Positions 23,511 through 31,264 of a DNA stretch of 39,063 bases are shown here, piece after piece. The translations under genes and the position numbers were made by a program. Below the pieces are notes generated by a model. That model made no database searches and was not told the DNA's origin. It saw only the letters and a program-made list of their open reading frames with translations. How positions within the stretch are numbered: position 1 is the stretch's first letter; each line of letters begins with the position of its first letter. The DNA comes from a bacterium (lineage in GTDB: Bacteria > Spirochaetota > JAHITG01), in assembly GCA_028711675.1 (NCBI GenBank), contig JAQTRT010000002.1, forward strand, positions 1 to 39,063, read 5' to 3'.

Positions 23511-24853
23511 CACTTCTTTTCCTTCATCCGCTTCCAGACCTCAGCCGCGAACCGGCTGGCTTCCCGGTGGACCTGTTCTTCTTTGATGCCTTTCAATTTT
23601 TTATTCAGATAAACGATCCTGCCGTTAATGATGGTAGTATCCACTAAAGAGGTTCCGATGCCGTAAATAAAATGGCCGTAAAAATTCTCCTCGCTCATGG
23701 GCGTATAGGGGTAATAATCCATGACAATGAGGTCGGCAAAAGCATCCTTTTCGATCACGCCCACCTTATGCCTGAAATACCGGGAGGCGATAACCGGATT
23801 GGTCTTGAGCAGCATGTCGCACGCTTCCATGAACGCCACACGCGGGTCCTGCTTCACCTGATGCTGGATCAAAAAAGCTGTCCTCACTTCCTCCATCATA
23901 TTAGAGGTCATGCCGTCCGTGCCCAGGCCCGGTCTGGCGCCTTTTTTCAGAAAGCCCAGGATATCGGCCGTGCCTACGGCATTGTTCATATTGGAAGAAG
24001 GATTGTTCACTACATTGGTCCGGGTATCGGCCAGGATCTTCATCTCAATGTCATCCACGTGAATGCAATGCGCGGCAATGGTCTTCTCTCCCAGGATACC
24101 CAGGTCATACAGCCGGGGCACGACCCGCATTTTATATTTTTTCTGGCTGTCCTCCACGTCAGCCTTGTCCTCGCTGATATGGACATGAAAACCTGTAGCC
24201 AGTCCCTGCATGGACTTGACCGCCTTTTTCAGGGTCCTGTCCGAAAGGGTCATGGAAGCATGGAGACCCATCATGGCCCCGAGCATATCATCCTGTCCGC
24301 CGGCGTACTTCCTGATAAAATTTAAATTTTCACTGATGCCTTTATTGGATTCCTTGAGCCCGTTCCGGTCTGTCACCTCATAGCACAGGACAGACCTCAC
24401 GCCGATCTTTTTTACAGCTTTAGCGATCTTCTTCAGGCTCCCTCTCACGGCACCGGGCGAAGCATGATGGTCGATGATGGTCGTGGTCCCTGACTTAACG
24501 CATTTGATGAGCGGTACCAGGGCGCTGTAATATACGTCATCCAGCGTAAGAGCTTTGTCCAGCTTCCACCAGAGCTTCTCTAAAATTTCAACAAAATTGG
24601 AGGCCGGTTCAGTACTGATGCCGCAGGCGAAGGTGCTGTAAAGATGATGATGGACATTCACCAGCCCGGGCATGATCACCCGTCCTTTGACATCAAGGAA
24701 CCGCGCACCGGGATATTTCTGCCTGAGTTCATCGGTCAGGCCGAAATCCCTGATCAGGTTCCCCTCAACATACACGGCACCTTGGCCGATGATCCTGTTG
24801 CTGCTCCCGAGTGTGACAAGGGTCCCGTTCCCTACCAGAATTTTATTCTCCAT
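23510..24853 (-). CDS. ssnA: Amidohydrolase-superfamily putative aminohydrolase, SsnA type
   Basis: VNVHHHLYS, FVEILEKLWWKLDKALTLDDVYYSAL, IIDHHASPG, HVHISED, NPSSNMNNAVG and LGTDG parallel E. coli SsnA as I recall it. Confidence 0.75.
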   Translation of the reverse strand: MENKILVGNGTLVTLGSSNRIIGQGAVYVEGNLIRDFGLTDELRQKYPGARFLDVKGRVIMPGLVNVHHHLYSTFACGISTEPASNFVEILEKLWWKLDKALTLDDVYYSALVPLIKCVKSGTTTIIDHHASPGAVRGSLKKIAKAVKKIGVRSVLCYEVTDRNGLKESNKGISENLNFIRKYAGGQDDMLGAMMGLHASMTLSDRTLKKAVKSMQGLATGFHVHISEDKADVEDSQKKYKMRVVPRLYDLGILGEKTIAAHCIHVDDIEMKILADTRTNVVNNPSSNMNNAVGTADILGFLKKGARPGLGTDGMTSNMMEEVRTAFLIQHQVKQDPRVAFMEACDMLLKTNPVIASRYFRHKVGVIEKDAFADLIVMDYYPYTPMSEENFYGHFIYGIGTSLVDTTIINGRIVYLNKKLKGIKEEQVHREASRFAAEVWKRMKEKK

Positions 24854-24877
24854 AATTCCGCCTCCTGCGCCTGATCA

Positions 24878-27586
24878 TCAATCCAGCGTGACGAGGATCA
24901 GGTTCAAATCATTGCATGCGGTCTTTAAAAGCTCCTGTCTCTCTATCCTGACACTTGCATCATGGATATTCTGACAAATGATATCCTTTCCGTTGATATT
25001 AATTTTTTTTATCCTGTACCGGGGAAAATCCCTGAGTGCACTGTTCTTGTATATCACCCTGATCCTTTTCCCGGCAAAAACAGTCTCACCGAAGGCCTCG
25101 CCCTTCTTGTTGAACTGTTCCCTGACCAGCCTGGGAGACAGGATCAGATCGCCCAGTTCGCCCCGGATGCCGTAAACCAGGGTCAGCATCGTAAATATGT
25201 ACCAGCTGGCCGAGCCGGTCAAATAATGATAATAACCTCTTCCCTTCAGGTTGAAGTATTCCGGGAGCCCCGGGTAGATCCTGCTGGCGTTGAAATTTTT
25301 CCACATCCGGTAAATGGAGCTGAGGATCATATTTCCCTCACGGATAAAGTCCTGATGGTACAAGGCATTGGCCATCATCACGTTCATATGGCTGAAGAAA
25401 GCGCCGTTCTCCTTATGGCCGTAAGCGAATGAAAAAGCACGCCCCAGGTTCAGCTGGATATCCTTGAAATCCGTGTTCAACCGGAGACCGTTCAGTTCTT
25501 TATCCCACAGATACTTCATCACAGCTTTGAAAGACCTTTCGGTCTGGCTTTTATCAGCGATACCGAACATAATAGGGAACACCTGTCCTGTCAGGGTCAT
25601 CCTTACAGTTGTATGATGGTCTCCCTCCACCCTGTTCCCGTCATTATCATAATAACCGTTGAACCATTCCAGGCCTGCTTTATCTTTGATCCATTCATTC
25701 TTCCGGATATGTTCCCTCATCCATCCTGCTTTCTGTTTCAGGTCCAGGACCAGGCTGTCCAGGGGGATCTGTATTTTCACGCCCTTGATCCTGTATTTAA
25801 CTTTCTCCAGGTATTCCTCCAGCCTGGTTTGTTTATCCTCAACTAAGTTGTAATCAACAGGCCGGTCCAGTGTATCCAGCAGCATCTTCAGTTCTTCAAA
25901 TATTTCTATTTCCGTGATGTTCAGCAAAGCCTTCACCTTTTCCAGAAGCCCTGCCAGACTGGATAAATTCCCATAGTAAAAAGCGGTGAAAGCCACGCTC
26001 TCTCCTTTTTTATTGGCCATATCCAGGCCGTCATTCCAGTCCGCGTCCTCCAGCCTGATGTTGTTATGAGCGCCCACATTGAAGAACGCCACAAGATGCT
26101 GGACCAGGATATGTTCCACGACCGTACCGGAATATACTTCGTTCCTTTCCGTCCTGAGGTTCCTGCCATCGGACTCCTTCCAAACCGTATCCTTTTCCCG
26201 GGCCCGCTTGGTCTGCATGTCCTTGAAATATTTCTGCTGCCGGAAAAGGAAGCTGAGATCGCCTGTCTGGTGGATATAAAGAAGAACCGTGTAGAACGGC
26301 CATACGCCGTGGTCCATCCAGACCCGGGTCACATTGTTCCTGTCCGCGATGAATTCACCGGACCGCTTCCCGATGACCGTAGCATTACTGCCGTCTACCC
26401 GGACACCCTCAAAATTATCCTCCAGAGATTCCTTTACGCTCTCCGGGTTCACCAGGATAAGAGCCAGAAGGTCCTGCCAGAGGTCGCGCCAGCCCCGGCC
26501 TCCCTTACCGTAATCAAAATCAGGAAGAAAGGAATTACCCGCGATCTTCCTGAGCAGAGGCTGGACAGAAACCCATTTGATCCAGTTATTGAACACTTTA
26601 TCCGGCGTCCGGAACTCGATCCTTTTACTGTATTCCTGCCAGAAAGCCTTGGTATGTTCCAGGGCTTTATCCGCCTGGACTCCTGTGCTGAATTTCCCCG
26701 ACCATTCATGGATCTTCTTCTCGTCGTCCGTAATGCCCATGATCATGACGAAACGGCATGATGCGCCCTTTTCCAGCCTCACATCCCGGAATCTGACGGC
26801 TGCCGCGTTCTCTTCACCCTGGTTGAAGTCAGAGGAAGGCTTTTTATCCTTGAGGACAGCTTCAGGCCTTTCAAAATCACCGGTTTCACCCAGGAATTCC
26901 ATGATCGTGGGAAAAAAACCAAGGGGGGCCAGGCCATCACCCGTATATCCGTGGACAAAATAATAATTATGGTTCAGTTTATGACCTGCTTCATTAAAGA
27001 GCATAACAGGTTTGCAGACCACTCCGTGTTTATCTGTACGGACCCTGTTGAGCATGGACGTGACGTTCCTGTGGTCCCGCAGGTTCTCGGCGCTCCGGCA
27101 GAACAAAGGCAGGCTGAAGAAAGGTGACAGGGTCATTGTCTTTTTTGAAGTATTGGTCAGGGAGACCATCATGATCTCAACCTGTTCACGGGAACAGGGT
27201 ACGAAATTTGTGATCTCGGCCTTGATCCTTAGTTTTTTATTTTCACGGACCACCCGGTGCCAGAGCAATCCTGCCCGGAGCTTCACCCGGTCCTGTTCCC
27301 TGTTCCCCAGGCAGGAAATCCCGGCAGCTGACCAGGCTTCCTTTTTATCAATCAGGACCCAAAAATTCCTGCTTGATTTTGTCAGATACAAATCCTCCAC
27401 CGAGACCGGTAAAGTAAGGAACGCGTGCTGACCGGTCTTGATGTCCCCTTTCAGATCAGGCGTAATGGATGAAATCAGGCCCGACTCGTTCAGCAGGGGG
27501 AAGTAAAGCCGTTTAAAAGCCTGCGGATTCTCAAGCTCAAAATCCCCGTTCTCCCTGATAAATTTAACATGGAACCGTTCTGACAT
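24878..27586 (-). CDS. GH94-like glycoside phosphorylase/hydrolase ((alpha/alpha)6-barrel, cellobiose/chitobiose phosphorylase-related)
   Basis: 902 aa. Contains GKGGRGWRDLWQDLLALILVNPE and EDADWNDGLDMA (ADWND-type catalytic-region motif). Specificity is unknown. Confidence 0.55.
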   Translation of the reverse strand: MSERFHVKFIRENGDFELENPQAFKRLYFPLLNESGLISSITPDLKGDIKTGQHAFLTLPVSVEDLYLTKSSRNFWVLIDKKEAWSAAGISCLGNREQDRVKLRAGLLWHRVVRENKKLRIKAEITNFVPCSREQVEIMMVSLTNTSKKTMTLSPFFSLPLFCRSAENLRDHRNVTSMLNRVRTDKHGVVCKPVMLFNEAGHKLNHNYYFVHGYTGDGLAPLGFFPTIMEFLGETGDFERPEAVLKDKKPSSDFNQGEENAAAVRFRDVRLEKGASCRFVMIMGITDDEKKIHEWSGKFSTGVQADKALEHTKAFWQEYSKRIEFRTPDKVFNNWIKWVSVQPLLRKIAGNSFLPDFDYGKGGRGWRDLWQDLLALILVNPESVKESLEDNFEGVRVDGSNATVIGKRSGEFIADRNNVTRVWMDHGVWPFYTVLLYIHQTGDLSFLFRQQKYFKDMQTKRAREKDTVWKESDGRNLRTERNEVYSGTVVEHILVQHLVAFFNVGAHNNIRLEDADWNDGLDMANKKGESVAFTAFYYGNLSSLAGLLEKVKALLNITEIEIFEELKMLLDTLDRPVDYNLVEDKQTRLEEYLEKVKYRIKGVKIQIPLDSLVLDLKQKAGWMREHIRKNEWIKDKAGLEWFNGYYDNDGNRVEGDHHTTVRMTLTGQVFPIMFGIADKSQTERSFKAVMKYLWDKELNGLRLNTDFKDIQLNLGRAFSFAYGHKENGAFFSHMNVMMANALYHQDFIREGNMILSSIYRMWKNFNASRIYPGLPEYFNLKGRGYYHYLTGSASWYIFTMLTLVYGIRGELGDLILSPRLVREQFNKKGEAFGETVFAGKRIRVIYKNSALRDFPRYRIKKININGKDIICQNIHDASVRIERQELLKTACNDLNLILVTLD

Positions 27587-27765
27587 GAATTCTGCTCCGT
27601 GAAAATGAGAATATCCAGGCTGTCCCTGTATCAGATGATCCGGGATATGGTAATCATCATTTATGTATACCCATTTTCATTTAATTGTCAATTTATTTTG
27701 ACTTTACATTAAAAATGAGTAAGAATCTGATGAACACGCCGGAAGACGGGAAAAGGAGCTGTATC

Positions 27766-28599
27766 ATGATAAAAAAATTAAAAATAAGGATATTCAATAT
27801 CCTGGAAGGCCGCGATCCGGAAGACAGACCGGCCAGACTGTTCCAGGTCTTCATCATGAGCCTCATCATCCTGAACGTTCTGGCCATGATCCTGGAGACC
27901 GTACAGCAGATCTGGCTGAGGTATAAACTGTATTTCCATATTTTTGACGTATTCTCAGTCATGGTTTTTACTCTTGAATACATGCTGCGGATCTGGACAT
28001 GCCCCCTGAATAAAAGATATAAACATCCCATCAAAGGCCGGATGCGGTTCATCCTGACGCCTTTGGCCCTTGTAGACCTGCTGGCCATCCTTCCGTTTTA
28101 CCTGCCCATGATATTCCCGTTCGACCTGAAATTCATCAGGGTGATCCGGCTGCTCCGCTTTTTCAGGCTCTTTAAAATGGCACGGTATTCAGACGCGGTC
28201 GTAACCCTGGTCAATGTCCTGAAAGCCAAGAAGGAAGAACTGGGCATCACTATATTCGTGGTTTTCACTCTGCTGATATTATCCTCCAGTCTGATGTATT
28301 TTATCGAGCACAGCGTTCAACCCAAGGCCTTTTCCAGCATCCCGGCCTCCATGTGGTGGGGGGTTTCCACATTGACCACGGTCGGGTATGGCGATGTCTA
28401 TCCCCAGACCCCTATGGGAAAACTCCTGGGAGCAGTCATCGCATTTCTGGGTATAGGAATTTTTGCCCTGCCGACCGGTATCCTGGCATCCGGATTTGCC
28501 GAGGAGATCCAGAAAAAGCATGCTAAAGAAAAAAAAAGAGGGGGCATCTGCCCGCACTGCGGAAAGAGGATAAAACAACAGAATAATCTAAATTTTTAG
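27766..28599 (+). CDS. Voltage-gated-type (6TM) potassium channel
   Basis: S4-like FIRVIRLLRFFRLFKMARY and selectivity filter TLTTVGYGD. GGAG lies upstream of ATG 27766. The short C-terminal tail contains CPHCGKRI. Confidence 0.85.
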   Translation: MIKKLKIRIFNILEGRDPEDRPARLFQVFIMSLIILNVLAMILETVQQIWLRYKLYFHIFDVFSVMVFTLEYMLRIWTCPLNKRYKHPIKGRMRFILTPLALVDLLAILPFYLPMIFPFDLKFIRVIRLLRFFRLFKMARYSDAVVTLVNVLKAKKEELGITIFVVFTLLILSSSLMYFIEHSVQPKAFSSIPASMWWGVSTLTTVGYGDVYPQTPMGKLLGAVIAFLGIGIFALPTGILASGFAEEIQKKHAKEKKRGGICPHCGKRIKQQNNLNF

Positions 28600-28627
28600 C
28601 TGGAAAACCAGGAATAATTACCTTTTT

Positions 28628-28656
28628 TTGGAATTATAAAATAAAACCCATACAAT
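28628..28656 (+). promoter_or_regulatory. Candidate promoter upstream of structured element B: TTGGAA-N17-TACAAT
   Basis: -35 at 28628-28633 and -10 at 28651-28656. The predicted TSS is about 25 nt upstream of the element. Confidence 0.3.
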
Positions 28657-28688
28657 GTATCGCATCCTCCCCCCTTCCTCTGAGAGGT

Positions 28689-28848
28689 AATGGATCGACA
28701 ATATTTTCTGGTTTTTCGGTTTGTGAAGCCGTCGTTTTCACAGGATGTGAAAACAGGCCGAAGGTACCCTCCGGAGTACGGAACCCTCGGAGCGACACAT
28801 GGATGTGTCGCGAGAATGAGAAAAAACAGAAAATATTGTCGATCCATT
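28689..28848 (+). ncRNA. Unclassified structured element, copy B (candidate structured RNA, alternatively a MITE-like repeat)
   Basis: A perfect 22-bp closing stem (AATGGATCGACAATATTTTCTG / CAGAAAATATTGTCGATCCATT) extends about 6 bp further after one mismatch. Hairpin 28734-28754 is GTTTTCACA-GGA-TGTGAAAAC. Hairpin 28792-28811 is GCGACACA-TGGA-TGTGTCGC. An extra hairpin sits at 28758-28774. Confidence 0.45.
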
Positions 28849-28864
28849 GTCGTGAAAAAACTAC

Positions 28865-28892
28865 TTGCTTTTAAAAACCAAACCATTATAAT
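28865..28892 (+). promoter_or_regulatory. Promoter for the dehydrogenase-asd genes: TTGCTT-N16-TATAAT
   Basis: -35 at 28865-28870 and -10 at 28887-28892. It lies downstream of element B and upstream of the GGAGG/ATG at 28937. Confidence 0.4.
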
Positions 28893-28936
28893 TATTTACA
28901 TTTTACTCTTATTTCGTATAGTTTGGAGGCTGAAAA

Positions 28937-29998
28937 ATGTATAAAATCGCGGTGATCGCCGGTGACGGCACCGGCCCGGAAATGGTAAAGGAGGGACTGA
29001 AGGTACTGAAAGCTGTTTCCGATGTAAAAGGCATTCAATTTGATTATAAGCAATATGATTTTGGCTCCAACCGTTATCTTCAAACAGGCGAAACCCTTCC
29101 GGATTCAGCTGTTTCGGAATTGAAGCAGTTCGACGCCATCTACCTGGGCGCTATCGGCGACCCGCGCGTGGCTCCCGGGATCCTGGAACAGGGCATCCTT
29201 TTAAAACTGAGGTTCGAACTGGACCTGTACATCAACCTCAGGCCTGTGAAACTTTACCCCGGTGTCGAGACCCCTTTAAAGGATAAAGGGCCGAAGGATA
29301 TCGATTTTATCGTTGTCCGGGAGAACACGGAGAGCCTGTATATCGGTGCCGGCGGTTTTTTAAAAAAAGGCACGCAGGATGAAGTGGCCATGCAGAACAT
29401 GATCATGACCCGGAAAGGCACGGAACGCTGTATCCGGTACGCCTTTGACCTTACGCGCAGGAGGAACAAGGAGAAAAAACTAACCCTGTGCGGGAAGACC
29501 AACGTGCTCACTTATGCCTGGAACCTGTGGGAACGCACGTTCAACGAAGTGGCCGGGGAATACAAGGACATCAAGACCGATTATGCCCATGTGGATGCCA
29601 CGACCATGTGGTTTGTGAAGAACCCGGAATGGTTCGACGTGATCGTAACGGACAACATGTTCGGCGACATCATCACGGACCTGGGCGCCATGATCCAGGG
29701 CGGGATGGGCGTGGCAGCCGGCGGTAATATCAATCCTCAAGGCGTTTCCATGTTCGAGCCCATCAGCGGCTCAGCACCCAAGTATGCCGGCAAGAACGTG
29801 ATCAATCCCATTGCCACGATCATGGCCGGTCAGATGATGATCGATTTCCTCGGCGAACACGAGGCAGCGGCCCTGATCGAAGAAGCCGTAATGGACACGA
29901 TCAAAAAAATGAAATCCATGTCAGCCGGCAAGATGGGTATGGGTACGGATGAAGTGGGTGACCGCGTCGCTGAATACATAAAAAAGAAAGGAAAATAA
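28937..29998 (+). CDS. Isopropylmalate/tartrate/D-malate dehydrogenase family enzyme (3-isopropylmalate dehydrogenase candidate)
   Basis: [41 protein letters not shown] and [14 protein letters not shown]. The layout resembles the TtuC/archaeal-type LeuB branch. GGAGG lies upstream of the start. Confidence 0.8.
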   Translation: MYKIAVIAGDGTGPEMVKEGLKVLKAVSDVKGIQFDYKQYDFGSNRYLQTGETLPDSAVSELKQFDAIYLGAIGDPRVAPGILEQGILLKLRFELDLYINLRPVKLYPGVETPLKDKGPKDIDFIVVRENTESLYIGAGGFLKKGTQDEVAMQNMIMTRKGTERCIRYAFDLTRRRNKEKKLTLCGKTNVLTYAWNLWERTFNEVAGEYKDIKTDYAHVDATTMWFVKNPEWFDVIVTDNMFGDIITDLGAMIQGGMGVAAGGNINPQGVSMFEPISGSAPKYAGKNVINPIATIMAGQMMIDFLGEHEAAALIEEAVMDTIKKMKSMSAGKMGMGTDEVGDRVAEYIKKKGK

Positions 29999-30074
29999 AA
30001 AAAGACGTTTTTGGTTCTTTATTGAACCTGGAACCATGAACAAAGAACTTACGAATAAAAAGGAGAAATGAGCT

Positions 30075-31094
30075 ATGTCGAAGTATATTGTGGCTGTTGT
30101 GGGTGCCACCGGTGCTGTAGGACGGGAAATGATCAAGACCCTTCTTCAGCGGAAATTCCCGTTTAAGTCCCTCCGCTTATTCGCCTCCAGCAGGTCGAAA
30201 GGCTTCAAGATCAAGGTAGGCGAAAGGGAGGTCGAGGTCGAGGAACTGACCGAAGACTCGTTCACCAATTCCAAGATCCAGTTCGCACTTTTTTCCGCCG
30301 GAGCCGACCGGAGCAAGAAATTCGCTCCCCTGGCAGCGAAGAACCATGTGGTGGTCATTGACAACAGCAGCGCGTTCCGCATGGACGAGGATGTACCGCT
30401 GGTGGTCCCCGAGGTAAATCCGGATGACATCAAGAACCACAAGGGTATCATTGCCAATCCCAACTGTTCAACTATCCAGATGGTCGTAGCCCTGAAGCCC
30501 CTGTATGACGCAAGCCGGATCCGGCGCGTGGTCGTCACTACCTTCCAGTCCGTTTCCGGTGCAGGGCTGAAGGCCATGAACGAACTCCGGACCCAGTCCG
30601 AAGCTTATCTGCAGAATGCGCAGATCGTTATTGATAAATTCCCGTACCAGATCGCTTTTAACTGTATCCCGCAGATCGGCGATTTCATGGAGGACGGGTA
30701 CAGCAAGGAAGAAGAAAAGATGGTCCTGGAGACCAGGAAGATCATGGGCGACAAGGAGATCAGGATTTCGCCCACAACGGTCCGCGTCCCGGTCTTCACC
30801 GGCCACAGTGAATCCGTGAACATCGAAACCGAGACCAAGATCACCCGGAAGGAAGCCATGGCCATCTTAAAGAAGGCTCCCGGCGTTACTGTCGTGGATG
30901 ATGTGGAAAAATTAAAATATCCTCTGCCTATAGATTGCGAAGGAAAGGATGATGTTTTTGTGGGAAGGATCCGCGAGGATAATTCCGTTGAGAACGGCCT
31001 GAACATGTGGGTCGTCTCCGACAACCTGAGAAAAGGAGCTGCCTTGAACGCGGTCCAGATCGCCGAACACATGGTAAAGAAAAAACTGGTTTAA
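30075..31094 (+). CDS. asd: Aspartate-semialdehyde dehydrogenase
   Basis: VAVVGATGAVGREM, IANPNCSTIQMV (active-site Cys), FQSVSGAG and VPVFTGHSESV. Confidence 0.93.
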   Translation: MSKYIVAVVGATGAVGREMIKTLLQRKFPFKSLRLFASSRSKGFKIKVGEREVEVEELTEDSFTNSKIQFALFSAGADRSKKFAPLAAKNHVVVIDNSSAFRMDEDVPLVVPEVNPDDIKNHKGIIANPNCSTIQMVVALKPLYDASRIRRVVVTTFQSVSGAGLKAMNELRTQSEAYLQNAQIVIDKFPYQIAFNCIPQIGDFMEDGYSKEEEKMVLETRKIMGDKEIRISPTTVRVPVFTGHSESVNIETETKITRKEAMAILKKAPGVTVVDDVEKLKYPLPIDCEGKDDVFVGRIREDNSVENGLNMWVVSDNLRKGAALNAVQIAEHMVKKKLV

Positions 31095-31146
31095 GTTCAG
31101 ACAAGAACCGTGAACCGGCAGGATATATGGGTTTTACAACGGTTTA

Positions 31147-31213
31147 AGCGATAAATTCCGAAAAGGAATTTATCGCTCCTGATTCATGGCTGAGTTTTTC
31201 ATGAATGGTTTTT
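31147..31213 (+). terminator. Tandem hairpins downstream of asd (putative intrinsic terminator)
   Basis: The first hairpin is a 13-bp perfect stem, AGCGATAAATTCC-GAAAA-GGAATTTATCGCT (31147-31177). The second is ATTCATG...CATGAAT (31182-31206), followed by GGTTTTTG. Confidence 0.5.
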
Positions 31214-31264
31214 GATCCTGTTAATCCTGTTTAAAATTTTACCTTTAGGTTTAAGGAGGATCGT

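Noticed and set aside
22284-23612. A 442-aa ORF on the plus strand.
   Set aside because: It is antisense to the HD-domain gene, which has clear HD motifs. Its translation is low-complexity and rich in P, D, R and G, with no recognisable motif, so it is a shadow ORF.
28500-28599. The CPHCGKRI motif in the K+ channel C-terminal tail, considered as a zinc-ribbon regulatory domain.
   Set aside because: Only a single CxxC pair is present, which is not enough for a zinc ribbon.
28734-28754. A CRISPR-repeat-like palindrome, GTTTTCACAGGATGTGAAAAC, also present at 21942-21963.
   Set aside because: Each locus has only one occurrence. There are no regularly spaced repeats or spacers and no cas genes, so it is a hairpin of the structured element.
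28596-28886. A 96-aa minus-strand ORF and an 84-aa plus-strand ORF over the 28600-28936 intergenic region.
   Set aside because: For the same reason as above, they overlap the structured repeat and the promoter region. Neither has an RBS or protein-like composition.
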